A stretch of DNA of 64,000 nucleotides from Candidatus Fervidifonticultor sextus. GTDB lineage: Bacteria > Sysuimicrobiota > Sysuimicrobiia > Sysuimicrobiales > Humicultoraceae. The notes under the pieces were generated by a model, which was not told the origin of the DNA, did not search any database, and saw nothing but the letters and a program-made list of their open reading frames with translations. This document shows positions 47,774-57,827 of the stretch, one piece after another. The translations under genes and the position numbers were made by a program. The stretch is taken from contig JAVKHQ010000003.1 in assembly GCA_031459875.1 (NCBI GenBank), positions 64,001 through 128,000 of the forward strand, in the 5' to 3' direction. Position 1 is the first letter of the stretch. Every line of letters begins with the position of its first letter.

Positions 47774-48966
47774 CCGATCCCCCAGGCCGGGCGCATGGCT
47801 TCCAGGAGGCGCCCCGAGGCCCCGCGCTCCAGCGGCAGCGCCTCCAGCGCCTCGATGAGGGCCGCCCGCGCGCCCTCGTCGCGGATCAGGCGGGCGCTCT
47901 CCGCGGCCACCTGCTCGGGGGTGACGTCGCCGATCAACTCCGGCATGATGCGCCGACCGGCCCGCATGTTGGGCAGCGCCACGTAGGGGATGCGCCGGAC
48001 GTACCGCCGGGCTAGATGGAGCCGCAACTTCGGGCCGACGTAGGGGACCCGGGCGATCCACTCGATGAGCCCTTCGAACGGAATCTGCGGCGCGATGCTG
48101 AACGGCAGGACCACCATGCTGGGGATGCGCATGATGGCCAGTTCCAGCGTGTTGGTCCCGGGAATCGTCAGGGCCAGGTCCGAGCCCACCACGTGCGGCC
48201 ACCCGCCGTAGCCGACCTCGATGCGCGAGGCGTCCAGCGCGTCGCGGTGCCGGGCGATCAGGCGGCGGTGGAGGGCGGGCGAGACGAAGGGCGAGATGAC
48301 TGCCAGGAGCCTGGCATCGGGCAACTGGGCGCGCAGGGCCGAGGCGGTCTGCACCCAGAATGGGAAGATGGCCGAGAAGACGGTGTCGCGGCTGCCGGCC
48401 AGGAACGTCACCTTGGGCCGCGCGCCGTTGCCTCCAGATGCGTCCACGTGGGCCGACTGCATGACGACCGCGTCGAATCGCGGATCGCCGGTGACCGCGA
48501 TCTTGGCCGCGGGCACCCCCCGATCTACCAACCGCTCCTGCAGGGCCACCGTGGGCACAAAGATCCGGTCAAAGGCCCGGTGCACGCGCGCCACGTGCGC
48601 CCGCTCGACGAAGGCGAAGGCGCGGGCGCGCCAGCGTCTGGCCAGACGGCGTGTGTACCAGAAATCGCCTCCCACGTGCAGGACGACGGGCAGGCCCGCC
48701 GGCGCCCATCCGGGCAGGCCCAGGCTCAATTTCAACGTCGCCCGTGGATCGAAGATGTGATCGAACACCGCCGCGGCCGCGGCGGCGGCGGGCTCCTGGC
48801 CGCTGGCAAACTGGCACGGCGGCAGGCACAGGCTGATCTCCATCGGCCGGCCCCACGCGCGCGCCAGGCGCCGCGCCTCGGCGGCGACCGGCAGGGCCCA
48901 GCCCGCCACCTCGCCCGGACCGTTGCCCACGATGACCAGGGAATGCGACGGCGAGTCTTGGGTCAT
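47770..48966 (-). CDS. LpxB-like lipid-A-disaccharide synthase
   Basis: NGPGEVAGW, GGD, GDP, LAGSR, TIPGTNTLELA, ALPN...IMPEL. Confidence 0.75.
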   Translation of the reverse strand: MTQDSPSHSLVIVGNGPGEVAGWALPVAAEARRLARAWGRPMEISLCLPPCQFASGQEPAAAAAAAVFDHIFDPRATLKLSLGLPGWAPAGLPVVLHVGGDFWYTRRLARRWRARAFAFVERAHVARVHRAFDRIFVPTVALQERLVDRGVPAAKIAVTGDPRFDAVVMQSAHVDASGGNGARPKVTFLAGSRDTVFSAIFPFWVQTASALRAQLPDARLLAVISPFVSPALHRRLIARHRDALDASRIEVGYGGWPHVVGSDLALTIPGTNTLELAIMRIPSMVVLPFSIAPQIPFEGLIEWIARVPYVGPKLRLHLARRYVRRIPYVALPNMRAGRRIMPELIGDVTPEQVAAESARLIRDEGARAALIEALEALPLERGASGRLLEAMRPAWGIG

Positions 48967-48983
48967 GGCTCCACAACCGCTCC

Positions 48984-49013
48984 ATTATAGTTTCCACTTC
49001 GATCTGCCCGCAA
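48984..49013 (-). promoter_or_regulatory. Putative sigma70 promoter for the minus-strand lipid A/ligase operon
   Basis: TTGCGG-18 bp-TATAAT on the minus strand, 17 bp upstream of ATG 48966. Confidence 0.6.
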
Positions 49014-49067
49014 TTCACGGCGCAGGGCGGGTGCTGGCGACCGGCGAACCACGAGCCGGTGGGTGCC

Positions 49068-50690
49068 ATGCATGCGGCGGCGCGGGTGCGGACCTGGTAT
49101 GGCCTGCTGAGCCTGGCGGGTCTGGTGATCCTCGGGACCCTCCCACTGCCGCACGTGGATTCCGATGCCCCGCTGTACGGCAAGATCGCCGCCAACGTCC
49201 TGGCCACCGGCGACTGGCTGTCCTTTCACCATCCGGGCTGGTTTGTGGACAAGCCGCCGGTGGTCTTCTGGCTGATGGCGGGATCCTTCAAGATGCTGGG
49301 CGTCTCGGACGTCACCCTGCGGCTGTGGCAGGTGATCCTGGCCCTCGTGTTGGTCGTCGTGACGGCGCGGGTCGCCCGTGCGGCGGGATGGACACGCGAA
49401 GAGGCGGCGCTGTCGGCGCTGGTGCTGGCCACCTCGCTGCAGTTCCTCTACCAGACGACGGTGCCCCAGCAGGACCTCCCGCTGACGTTCTTCCTGACGC
49501 TGGCCGCTCTGGGCCTGCTGCGCTATCTGGATCGTCACTCTCCTGCCTGGCTCGCCGCCGCTGCGGCGGCGGCGGCGGCCGCAGTCCTCACCAAGGGGAT
49601 CGCAGGACTGGGATTCTTCGGCCTCCTCGCCGTGCTCGCACTCCTCGTGGCCAGGCCCGGGCTGCCGCGGCCGGGGCGCCTGCTGGGACACCTCGTGCTC
49701 GCCGCCGTGGTCTTCGCCGCCCTGGCCGTGCCCTGGTTTGCCCTGGGCGTCATCCGGCAGGGCGACCAGTTTGTGCAGACCTTTCTCACCTCCGGCACCC
49801 TGGGCCTGGCACGCTTCTTCCGCCCGGCGATCTCGACGCCCCCGCCCTACTGGCTGTCGGTCTTCGCCTACGTGCCGTTGCTGCTGGTGGGCCTGCTGCC
49901 CTGGACCCCCCTCCTGCTGGTCGGCCTGGGGGACCTTCCCCGGCTGGTCCGGTCGGGGACGCGGGGCGAGAAGTTCGTAGCGGTGTGGTTGGTGGGTTTC
50001 TTCGCACTCCTCTCCCTCTCGTCGGGCGACAAGGTGTTCCGCTACCTGCTCGTGTGCTTCCCTCCCGCCGCCCTCCTGACCGGTCGAACCGCCGCAGCGT
50101 TCCTGGGCCATCCCCGGCGCCTGCGGCTGGCCGCCTGGATCGCGGTGGTGCCGGGTCTCCTGATGATGGCCGCCGGATTCCTCATGGTCTGGATGCAGTA
50201 CGCGTCCCAGCGCGCGCTGCTCGCCGGCGTCGTCCTCCCCACCGTGGCCGCGACGGCGGCGGGGCTGCTCGGGTTTGCGGTGGCCGCCCTCCGGGGCCGG
50301 GGGCCGACGGCCGTCGTGCTCGCGACCCTCGGCATCCTCGCCGGCATGGCGCTCTTCGAGCGGGGCATGGTGGCCCATGCAGCCGTCCTCAATCCCTGGC
50401 CGGCCATCAGAGCGGCCGCCGCACCGGCGGCCGGCGAGGGCGGGCGGCTGTTCCTCTACGGACGCGCGGGTGAGGGGTTCAACTTCGCGCACTTCTACTT
50501 CGACCGACCGGTGGTGGCGCTGTCTGGGCCATCGGAACTTGCCGCGGTGTGGGCCCGCGAGCGGGTCACCGCCGTCATCCCCGAGGAGGAGTACGACGAC
50601 CTGGCCCGCGCGCTGACCCCGGCGCCGGTCGTCATCCACCGGAGTCCAGCCCGGCTGGTGCTGGTCACCAATCACGGACGCGCCGACTGA
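49068..50690 (+). CDS. ArnT/PMT-like GT-C glycosyltransferase
   Basis: D..LY..IA, DKPPVVFW, LTKG, PWF, LLPWT, K..RYLL..FP; many TMs. Confidence 0.85.
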   Translation: MHAAARVRTWYGLLSLAGLVILGTLPLPHVDSDAPLYGKIAANVLATGDWLSFHHPGWFVDKPPVVFWLMAGSFKMLGVSDVTLRLWQVILALVLVVVTARVARAAGWTREEAALSALVLATSLQFLYQTTVPQQDLPLTFFLTLAALGLLRYLDRHSPAWLAAAAAAAAAAVLTKGIAGLGFFGLLAVLALLVARPGLPRPGRLLGHLVLAAVVFAALAVPWFALGVIRQGDQFVQTFLTSGTLGLARFFRPAISTPPPYWLSVFAYVPLLLVGLLPWTPLLLVGLGDLPRLVRSGTRGEKFVAVWLVGFFALLSLSSGDKVFRYLLVCFPPAALLTGRTAAAFLGHPRRLRLAAWIAVVPGLLMMAAGFLMVWMQYASQRALLAGVVLPTVAATAAGLLGFAVAALRGRGPTAVVLATLGILAGMALFERGMVAHAAVLNPWPAIRAAAAPAAGEGGRLFLYGRAGEGFNFAHFYFDRPVVALSGPSELAAVWARERVTAVIPEEEYDDLARALTPAPVVIHRSPARLVLVTNHGRAD

Positions 50691-50768
50691 CGGACGGCCA
50701 CCCGCAGGACAGGGATGCCGCCGCGCGCGGCCGAATAGGGTCGGGGACGCCGGGTCAAGGGGTGTGGT

Positions 50769-52316
50769 GTGCGCTGGGGTGTCGTCGCGGCGGCGGTCGT
50801 CTTGATGTTCGGTGTCGAACTTGCCAGCGCACAGCCCGCTCCCGTCACCATCGACGCGGAGACCATCACCTACGATGCCGCCCAGCGGACCGTCACCGCC
50901 CGGGGCAACGTCCGCGTCACCGCCCGCCGGTATCGCGCGTTTGCCGACATGCTCCGCTACGACCTCCGGACGGAGGAGGCGGTCCTCACCGGTCGCGTGC
51001 GGGTCCTCGACGACCGCGGGGCGGAACTGCGCGGTCAGTCGCTAACCCTCAACACCCGGACCGAGGAGGGCGTGCTGGAACCCGCCGAGGGGATCGTGGA
51101 CCGGCAGCGGCGGATCTACCTCCGCGGCGCCCGCCTGGAGGTCTCCCCCCGCCGATACGTGACCTCCCAGAGCCTGGTGACCTCCTGTGACCCGCGCAAC
51201 CCCACGGTCTTGGTGACGGCGAACCGCATCGAGGTCGTCCCCGACGAGGCGATCGTGGCCTACGATGCCTCCATCTACCTGGGAGGTCGCCGCCTCTACA
51301 GCACGTCCCGGTTCGAGGCCTCCCTGGTACCCGGCGAGGAGAGCGTCCTGATCCCGACCTTCGGAGGCAATGCCGTCGACGGGTACTGGGTGGAGGGCCG
51401 CTGGCGGGTGCGCCTGCCCTGGGCCCGGGGTGTGCTGCAGACCAAGTACGGGACCACCTCCGGACTCTTTCCGCTGCTGCGGCTTGCGCACCGGCAGCCG
51501 GGGCACATCGTCTCGCTCCGCCTGGGCCGGACGCAGACCGTCGAGGAGCGCCAGGCGTTCAACCTGATTGGCTATGAGGTCGCCGAGGCGAGCGCGTCGC
51601 GCTCCCCGGCCCAGATCGGGACCACCCCCTTTTCGTGGTCGGTCGCGGGCGCCGTCGGATGGTTTCGGGAACAGGAGACCGGGGTGGCGGCGACGCGGCT
51701 GGACGCGCAGGCGTTCGTGGAGTCGAGGCCCATCGCCCTGGGACCGCGGGTGAGGTTCACCTCGCAGGCCGGGTTCCGGATCTCATCCTATGGCAGCGGC
51801 GATGTCAGGACGGTCACCACCTTCCAGCCCGTGCTCGGCTACCAGGCCGACCCGGTGACGCGGGTGAGCCTCGGGTATTCGCTGGTCGGGGTGCAGGGCC
51901 GCACGCCCTTGCGGATCGACGACGTGGAGCCGGCGAACACGCTCAGCCTGGATGTGGCCCGCACCGTGACGGACCGCTACCGCCTGGCCGCGGGCGTCTC
52001 CTACAACCTGGACACGCAGGTGACGAAGTACTCGGCGCTGGCGGCGGTGGTGGTGAGCCCCTCCCTGGACTTTGCCGTCCATGCCGTCTACAATGTCCGG
52101 CTGAACGCCTTCGAGGACGTGGACTACGCCGTCCGGTTCCTGTGCGACTGCCTCGACGCGGTGGTGCGCTACCGGCAGATGCGGCGGGAGATTTCGATCG
52201 AGTTGGGCCTGACGGGATTTGTGGAACGGCGCGGCCTGGCCCCCAGGTCGACGCCGCCGGCGGTCTTTCCCGACGGCACGGCGCCGGGCGGGGAAGGGGG
52301 CGGACCCGCACGATGA
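50769..52316 (+). CDS. LptD-like outer-membrane LPS assembly protein
   Basis: Signal peptide, OstA-like N-domain (IDAETITYD..A.GNV, TSCD), amphipathic beta-strands, late CDC motif. Confidence 0.68.
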   Translation: MRWGVVAAAVVLMFGVELASAQPAPVTIDAETITYDAAQRTVTARGNVRVTARRYRAFADMLRYDLRTEEAVLTGRVRVLDDRGAELRGQSLTLNTRTEEGVLEPAEGIVDRQRRIYLRGARLEVSPRRYVTSQSLVTSCDPRNPTVLVTANRIEVVPDEAIVAYDASIYLGGRRLYSTSRFEASLVPGEESVLIPTFGGNAVDGYWVEGRWRVRLPWARGVLQTKYGTTSGLFPLLRLAHRQPGHIVSLRLGRTQTVEERQAFNLIGYEVAEASASRSPAQIGTTPFSWSVAGAVGWFREQETGVAATRLDAQAFVESRPIALGPRVRFTSQAGFRISSYGSGDVRTVTTFQPVLGYQADPVTRVSLGYSLVGVQGRTPLRIDDVEPANTLSLDVARTVTDRYRLAAGVSYNLDTQVTKYSALAAVVVSPSLDFAVHAVYNVRLNAFEDVDYAVRFLCDCLDAVVRYRQMRREISIELGLTGFVERRGLAPRSTPPAVFPDGTAPGGEGGGPAR

Positions 52317-53698
52317 GCGTGCCAGGGCAGGTTCGCCTGACCCCGACGATCTTCCGCGAGTACGACATCCGGGGCATCGTCGGCACCGAACTGACCCCAA
52401 AGGTCGCATCGCAGATCGCCCGGGCCTATGCGTCGCTGGTCTCGCCGGGCGGGCCGGTGGTGGTCGGATACGACAACCGGGAGCACTCGCCCGCCCTGGC
52501 CGCCGCGGTGGCCGAGGGGCTGGCCGCCTCCGGGTGCGACGTCCTGGACATCGGGACCGTCATCACCCCGACGTTCTACTTCGCCCGCGTGCACTGGGGG
52601 GTCGACGGCGGGATCATGGTCACGGCCAGCCACAACCCGCCCGAGTTCAACGGGTTCAAACTGGCCGGCGGGTTCGGCACCCTCTACGGGGAGCAGATTC
52701 AAGAAGTCCGCCGGAGGGCGGAGGCCGGCCCATTCCCGGCCGGGTCGGGACGGATTGAGCCGCGGGACGCCACAGGACCGTACCTGGCCATGCTGCGGGA
52801 GAAGATCCGACTGGGCCCCAGGCGCCTGCGGGTCGTGCTCGACTGCGGCAACGGCACCGCCAGCCTGGTGGCCCCCCAGGTGCTGGCCGGGTGGGGGGTG
52901 GAGGTTATTCCCCTGTACTGCGACTCCGACCCGCGGTTTCCCCATCACCATCCCGATCCCGTGGACCCCCACAACCTGACCGATCTGATCGCGGCGGTCC
53001 GGCGCGAGCGCGCGGACGTGGGCATCGGTCTCGACGGCGACGGCGACCGGATCGGGGTCGTCGACGACCGCGGCGCGATCATCTGGGGCGACCTGTTGAT
53101 GGTCCTCTTCTGGCGCGAGATCCTCCCCAGGCATCCCGGCGCCGACGTCATCGTGGAGGTGAAGTGCTCGCAGGCGCTGGTGGAAGAAGCCCGACGCCTG
53201 GGCGGCCGGCCGTTCTTCTACCGCACCGGCCACTCGCTCATCAAGGCCAAGATGCGCGAGATCGGCGCAGTCTTCACCGGTGAGATGTCCGGCCACATGT
53301 TCTTCGCCGACGAGTACTACGGGTTCGACGACGCCGTGTATGCCGCCGGGCGGCTGCTGCGGATCCTCTCCCATGCCGACCGGCCGCTCTCGGCGCTGCT
53401 GGCCGACGTCCCCCAGTATCCCATCACGCCTGAGGTCCGCGTGAGGTGCCCTGATGACCGGAAGTTCGCCGTGGTGGCGGCGCTGGCCGAGGAGTTCAAG
53501 CGCCACCACCAGGTCATTGACGTGGACGGCGTCCGCGTGCTCTTCGACGATGGATGGGGCCTGGTGCGGGCCAGCAACACGCAGCCGGTGCTGGTGTTGC
53601 GCGCGGAGGCGAAGACAGAGGCGGCGCTGGAGCGGATCAAGCAGGCCCTCGCCTCGGCCATCGCGCAATTCCCCGACGTCGGCCCGGTGACCTGGTGA
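52313..53698 (+). CDS. Phosphomannomutase/phosphoglucomutase
   Basis: [32 protein letters not shown]. Confidence 0.95.
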   Translation: MSVPGQVRLTPTIFREYDIRGIVGTELTPKVASQIARAYASLVSPGGPVVVGYDNREHSPALAAAVAEGLAASGCDVLDIGTVITPTFYFARVHWGVDGGIMVTASHNPPEFNGFKLAGGFGTLYGEQIQEVRRRAEAGPFPAGSGRIEPRDATGPYLAMLREKIRLGPRRLRVVLDCGNGTASLVAPQVLAGWGVEVIPLYCDSDPRFPHHHPDPVDPHNLTDLIAAVRRERADVGIGLDGDGDRIGVVDDRGAIIWGDLLMVLFWREILPRHPGADVIVEVKCSQALVEEARRLGGRPFFYRTGHSLIKAKMREIGAVFTGEMSGHMFFADEYYGFDDAVYAAGRLLRILSHADRPLSALLADVPQYPITPEVRVRCPDDRKFAVVAALAEEFKRHHQVIDVDGVRVLFDDGWGLVRASNTQPVLVLRAEAKTEAALERIKQALASAIAQFPDVGPVTW

Positions 53699-54738
53699 TG
53701 CGGCGCATCCTGCTGACCGGCGGAGCGGGCTTCCTGGGCAGTCACCTCTGCGACCAGCTGATCGAGCGCGGGTGCGAGGTCCTCTGTGCGGACAACCTCC
53801 TCACCGGCCGTCTGGACAACATCGCCCATCTGCTGGACCATCCCCGATTCCGGTTCGTGCACTGCGACGTCTCCGAAGCCCTCCGGATCGAAGGCCCCCT
53901 GGACGCCGTGCTGCACTTCGCGTCACCGGCCAGCCCGCGGGACTACCTGGAGTTGCCCATCCACACGCTGAGGGTGGGCGCCTACGGCACCCACAATGCC
54001 CTGGAACTCGCCAGGGCCACCGGCGCCCGGTTCCTCCTGGCCAGCACCTCGGAAGTCTACGGCGACCCGCTGGTCAACCCGCAGCCGGAGACCTACTGGG
54101 GCAACGTCAACCCCATCAGCCCGCGCGGGGTGTACGATGAGGCCAAGCGGTTCGGCGAGGCCATGACCATGGCCTACCACCGGTACCACGGTCTCGATAC
54201 CCGCATCGTCCGGATCTTCAACACCTACGGCCCGCGGATGCGGGCCACCGACGGGCGGGTCATCTCCAATTTCATCGTGCAGGCCCTCCGCGGCGAGCCG
54301 TTGACGGTCCACGGAGACGGCACGCAGACGCGCAGCTTCTGCTACCTGGACGACATGATCCAGGGGATCCTCGCCGTCCTCGACCTGCCGTCGGACCGGA
54401 CCCCCCAGCAGCGGGTGGACCGGGAGTTCCTCCAGCGTAGCAGTGAGTCGGAGGACTCGATCCACCAGCCTGTCAACCTGGGCAATCCCGAGGAGCGCAG
54501 CGTCCTGGAGATCGCCCGTCTGGTCCTGGCGGCCACGGGCAGCCGCAGCCCGTTGCGGTTCGTGCCGCGTCCGGTTGACGATCCCCGCGTGCGTCGGCCG
54601 GATACTTCACGGGCGCAGCGCCTCGTGGGGTGGCGGCCGACGGTGCCCCTGGAGGAGGGGATCAGGCGCACCGTCGCATATTTCGAGAGTCAGATCGGGC
54701 AGCGGGACGTCGGGCGATCGCCATGCCCCGGGCGTTGA
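53698..54738 (+). CDS. UDP-glucuronate decarboxylase (UXS family)
   Basis: [47 protein letters not shown]. Confidence 0.9.
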   Translation: MRRILLTGGAGFLGSHLCDQLIERGCEVLCADNLLTGRLDNIAHLLDHPRFRFVHCDVSEALRIEGPLDAVLHFASPASPRDYLELPIHTLRVGAYGTHNALELARATGARFLLASTSEVYGDPLVNPQPETYWGNVNPISPRGVYDEAKRFGEAMTMAYHRYHGLDTRIVRIFNTYGPRMRATDGRVISNFIVQALRGEPLTVHGDGTQTRSFCYLDDMIQGILAVLDLPSDRTPQQRVDREFLQRSSESEDSIHQPVNLGNPEERSVLEIARLVLAATGSRSPLRFVPRPVDDPRVRRPDTSRAQRLVGWRPTVPLEEGIRRTVAYFESQIGQRDVGRSPCPGR

Positions 54739-55769
54739 TCACCGGGATCACCGGACAGGACGGCTCCTACCTGACCGAGTTCCTGCTGGACCGGGGGTAC
54801 GAGGTCCACGGGGTCATCCGCCGGGCCTCCACGTTCAACACGGACCGCATCGACCACCTCTACCGGGACCCCCACGATCCCGGCGCGCGTCTGCGGCTCC
54901 ACTACGGCGACCTGAGCGACAGCAGCGGGCTAAGGGTCCTGCTGGAACGGGTCCAGCCCGACGAGGTCTACAACCTGGGGGCCCAGTCGCACGTCCGCGT
55001 CTCCTTCGATCAGCCGGAGTACACGGCCGATGTGGTCGCGCTGGGGACGCTGCGGCTCCTGGAGGCCGTGCGGGACTACCAGGCGCGGACCGGGCAGCGG
55101 GTGAAGTTCTATCAGGCCGGCTCCTCCGAGGTGTTCGGGAACGCGCCGGCGCCGCAGAACGAGCAGACACCCTTCCACCCGCGCAGTCCCTACGGGGTGG
55201 CCAAGGCCTACGCCCACTGGCAGACGGTCAACTACCGCGAGGCCTACGGGCTGTTCGCGTGCAACGGCATCCTCTTCAACCACGAGTCGAGCCGGCGCCA
55301 CGAGACCTTCGTCACCCGGAAGATCACCCGGGCGGCGACGCGGATTGCGCTCGGGCTCCAGGACCGCCTCTACCTGGGCAACCTGGAGGCCCGCCGCGAC
55401 TGGGGGCACGCCCAGGACTACGTCGAGGCCATGTGGTTGATGATGCAGCACCACGAGCCCGACGACTTCGTCATCGCCACCGGGGAGTCCCGATCCGTCC
55501 GCGAGTTCCTGGCTGCCGCCTTCGGGCTGCTGAACCTGGACTGGGAACGGCACGTCGCCATCGACCCGCGCTACTTCCGCCCCGCGGAGATCGATCGGCT
55601 GGAGGGCGACGCGTCGAAGGCCCGCCGGGTGCTGGGCTGGCGGCCGCGCCGGTCCTTCGACGACCTGGTGCGCGAGATGGTGGACCACGATCTGGAGCTG
55701 GCCAGGGCCGAGCGGACCCTGCGCGACGCCGGACACCGCACGGCCCCTCGGGGGACCGGCCGTGGCTGA
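54723..55769 (+). CDS. gmd: GDP-mannose 4,6-dehydratase
   Basis: [39 protein letters not shown]. Confidence 0.96.
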   Translation: MPRALITGITGQDGSYLTEFLLDRGYEVHGVIRRASTFNTDRIDHLYRDPHDPGARLRLHYGDLSDSSGLRVLLERVQPDEVYNLGAQSHVRVSFDQPEYTADVVALGTLRLLEAVRDYQARTGQRVKFYQAGSSEVFGNAPAPQNEQTPFHPRSPYGVAKAYAHWQTVNYREAYGLFACNGILFNHESSRRHETFVTRKITRAATRIALGLQDRLYLGNLEARRDWGHAQDYVEAMWLMMQHHEPDDFVIATGESRSVREFLAAAFGLLNLDWERHVAIDPRYFRPAEIDRLEGDASKARRVLGWRPRRSFDDLVREMVDHDLELARAERTLRDAGHRTAPRGTGRG

Positions 55770-56718
55770 GTGGGCCGGCCGGCGCGTCGTCGTCACCGGA
55801 GGCGCCGGGTTCCTGGGTTCGGTGCTGGCCGACCGGCTCCGCCGCGCCGGGGCCGCGGTGTTCGTGCCGCGCCGGCGCGACTACGACCTGACCACGGCCG
55901 ACGCGGCGGCCCGGCTCTATGCTGATGCGCGCCCGGAGGTCCTCTTCCACCTGGCCGCCGCGGTGGGCGGGATCGGCGCCAACCGCGCCAACCCGGGGCG
56001 GTTTTTCTACGAGAACATGGCGATGGGCCTCAACGTCGTGGAAGGCGCGCGTCGCTACGGTGGCCTGGAGAAGCTGATCATCGTCGGGACGACGTGCGCC
56101 TACCCGGGCGAGGCCCCGGTGCCCCTGCGCGAGGACGACCTGTGGGGTGGGTACCCCGAGCCGACGAATGCGCCCTATGGCATCGCCAAGCGTGCCCTGC
56201 TCGTCATGGCCCAGGGCTACCGGACCCAGTACGGGCTGAGGAGCATCTACCTCATCCCGGCCAACCTCTACGGCCCCGGCGACAACTTCGACCCCGAGAC
56301 CTCCCATGTGATTCCCGCGTTGATCCGCAAGTGCGTCGAGGCCGTGGATCGGGGCGCCGACACGGTGGAGGTGTGGGGGGACGGGACGCCCACGCGTGAG
56401 TTCCTGCACGTGGGGGACTGCGCGCGGGGGCTGTTGCTGGCGGCCGAGCGGTACGACGCGCCCGACCCGGTCAACCTCGGCAGCGGCCAGGAGATCTCCA
56501 TCCGCGACCTGGTGTCGTTGATCGCCGACCTGACCGGGTTCCGGGGCCGCGTGATCTGGGATCCCTCGCGGCCTGGAGGTCAGCGGCGGCGGCGCCTCGA
56601 CGTCTGGCGGGCAAAGGAGGCCTTCGGGTTCGAAGCCCGGATTCCGCTGGCCGACGGGCTCCGCGAGACGATCGCTTGGTACCGGGCCCATCGCCGTGCG
56701 TATTCTCCACACCGTTGA
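55762..56718 (+). CDS. fcl: GDP-L-fucose synthase
   Basis: [44 protein letters not shown]. Confidence 0.92.
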   Translation: MAEWAGRRVVVTGGAGFLGSVLADRLRRAGAAVFVPRRRDYDLTTADAAARLYADARPEVLFHLAAAVGGIGANRANPGRFFYENMAMGLNVVEGARRYGGLEKLIIVGTTCAYPGEAPVPLREDDLWGGYPEPTNAPYGIAKRALLVMAQGYRTQYGLRSIYLIPANLYGPGDNFDPETSHVIPALIRKCVEAVDRGADTVEVWGDGTPTREFLHVGDCARGLLLAAERYDAPDPVNLGSGQEISIRDLVSLIADLTGFRGRVIWDPSRPGGQRRRRLDVWRAKEAFGFEARIPLADGLRETIAWYRAHRRAYSPHR

Positions 56719-57820
56719 GTTCTACCATCCGCACGTCGGGGGCGCCGAACGTGTGGTCCAGCGGATCTCCGAGGGGCTCGTCCGGAGGGGACACGAGGTC
56801 GCCGTGGCCACCAGCTGGCATCCCGAACGCGGTTGCACGGCGGTCAACGGCGTGCAGATCGTCCCGTTCAGGGTGTCAGGGAACCTGGCCCGGGGCATGA
56901 CTGGAGAGGTTGCACGCTACCAGGACTGGCTGCGGCGGGAGCGGTTCGACATCGTCATGAACTACGCGGCGCAGTCCTGGCCGACCGACGCGGCGCTGTC
57001 GGTGCTGCCGGACCTGCAGGCGGGCCGGGTCCTGGCCACCTGCGGGTTCTCGGGCCTGCACGGGGTCCGGCGGCTAGTGTACCTGAGGTACTTCAGGCAA
57101 CTCCGAAGATTCATCCGCGACTATGATGCCCTTGTCTACCATGCGGAGGCCGGCGCAGACGTGGCCTTCGGAGGCCGCTACGGACGGGGCGAGCAGGTCG
57201 TGATCCCCAACGGGGCGGACGGCGCGGAGTTTGTTGGGCCCTCGGACTTCCGGGTCCGCTACGGTATTGGGGCCCGGCATCTTCTGCTCCACGTCGGGAA
57301 TCACTACCGGGTCAAGGGACACGGCGACCTGGCCAGGGTCCTGCGGACGCTACGCGGACGCGATGTGGCCATGGTGATCATCGGCGACGATCCGGGAGGG
57401 ACGGGGAGTTGCTGGAAGGCCTGCCTGGCGGCGGCGCGGCGCGATCCGCGGCTCGTGCTGCTCCAGCACGTGCCCCGATCCGACGTGGTCGCGGCCTTTT
57501 GCGCTGCCGACCTCGTGCTGCTGCCGTCCCGCTTTGAGGCGGCACCGCTCGTGCTCGTGGAGGCCATGGCTGCGGGCGTCCCGTTCGTGTCCTACGATGT
57601 GGGCAACGCGAAGGCGCTGGAAGGCGGTCAGGTCGTCGCGGGGCCGGAGGCGATGGCCGCCGCCGTGGCGGATCTGCTCGGCGACGACGCGCGGCGGCGT
57701 GCCCTGGGCGGCGCGGGCCGGGCCCATCAGCGCCGGGCGCTGGAGTGGGAGACCATCGTGGGCCGCTACGAGGCCCTCTACACCTCGCTGGTCGCCCGCC
57801 GCCGCGCTTTGGGGAGGTGA
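56696..57820 (+). CDS. Glycosyltransferase family 4
   Basis: [28 protein letters not shown]. Confidence 0.9.
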   Translation: MRILHTVEFYHPHVGGAERVVQRISEGLVRRGHEVAVATSWHPERGCTAVNGVQIVPFRVSGNLARGMTGEVARYQDWLRRERFDIVMNYAAQSWPTDAALSVLPDLQAGRVLATCGFSGLHGVRRLVYLRYFRQLRRFIRDYDALVYHAEAGADVAFGGRYGRGEQVVIPNGADGAEFVGPSDFRVRYGIGARHLLLHVGNHYRVKGHGDLARVLRTLRGRDVAMVIIGDDPGGTGSCWKACLAAARRDPRLVLLQHVPRSDVVAAFCAADLVLLPSRFEAAPLVLVEAMAAGVPFVSYDVGNAKALEGGQVVAGPEAMAAAVADLLGDDARRRALGGAGRAHQRRALEWETIVGRYEALYTSLVARRRALGR

Positions 57821-57827
57821 GACCGCC

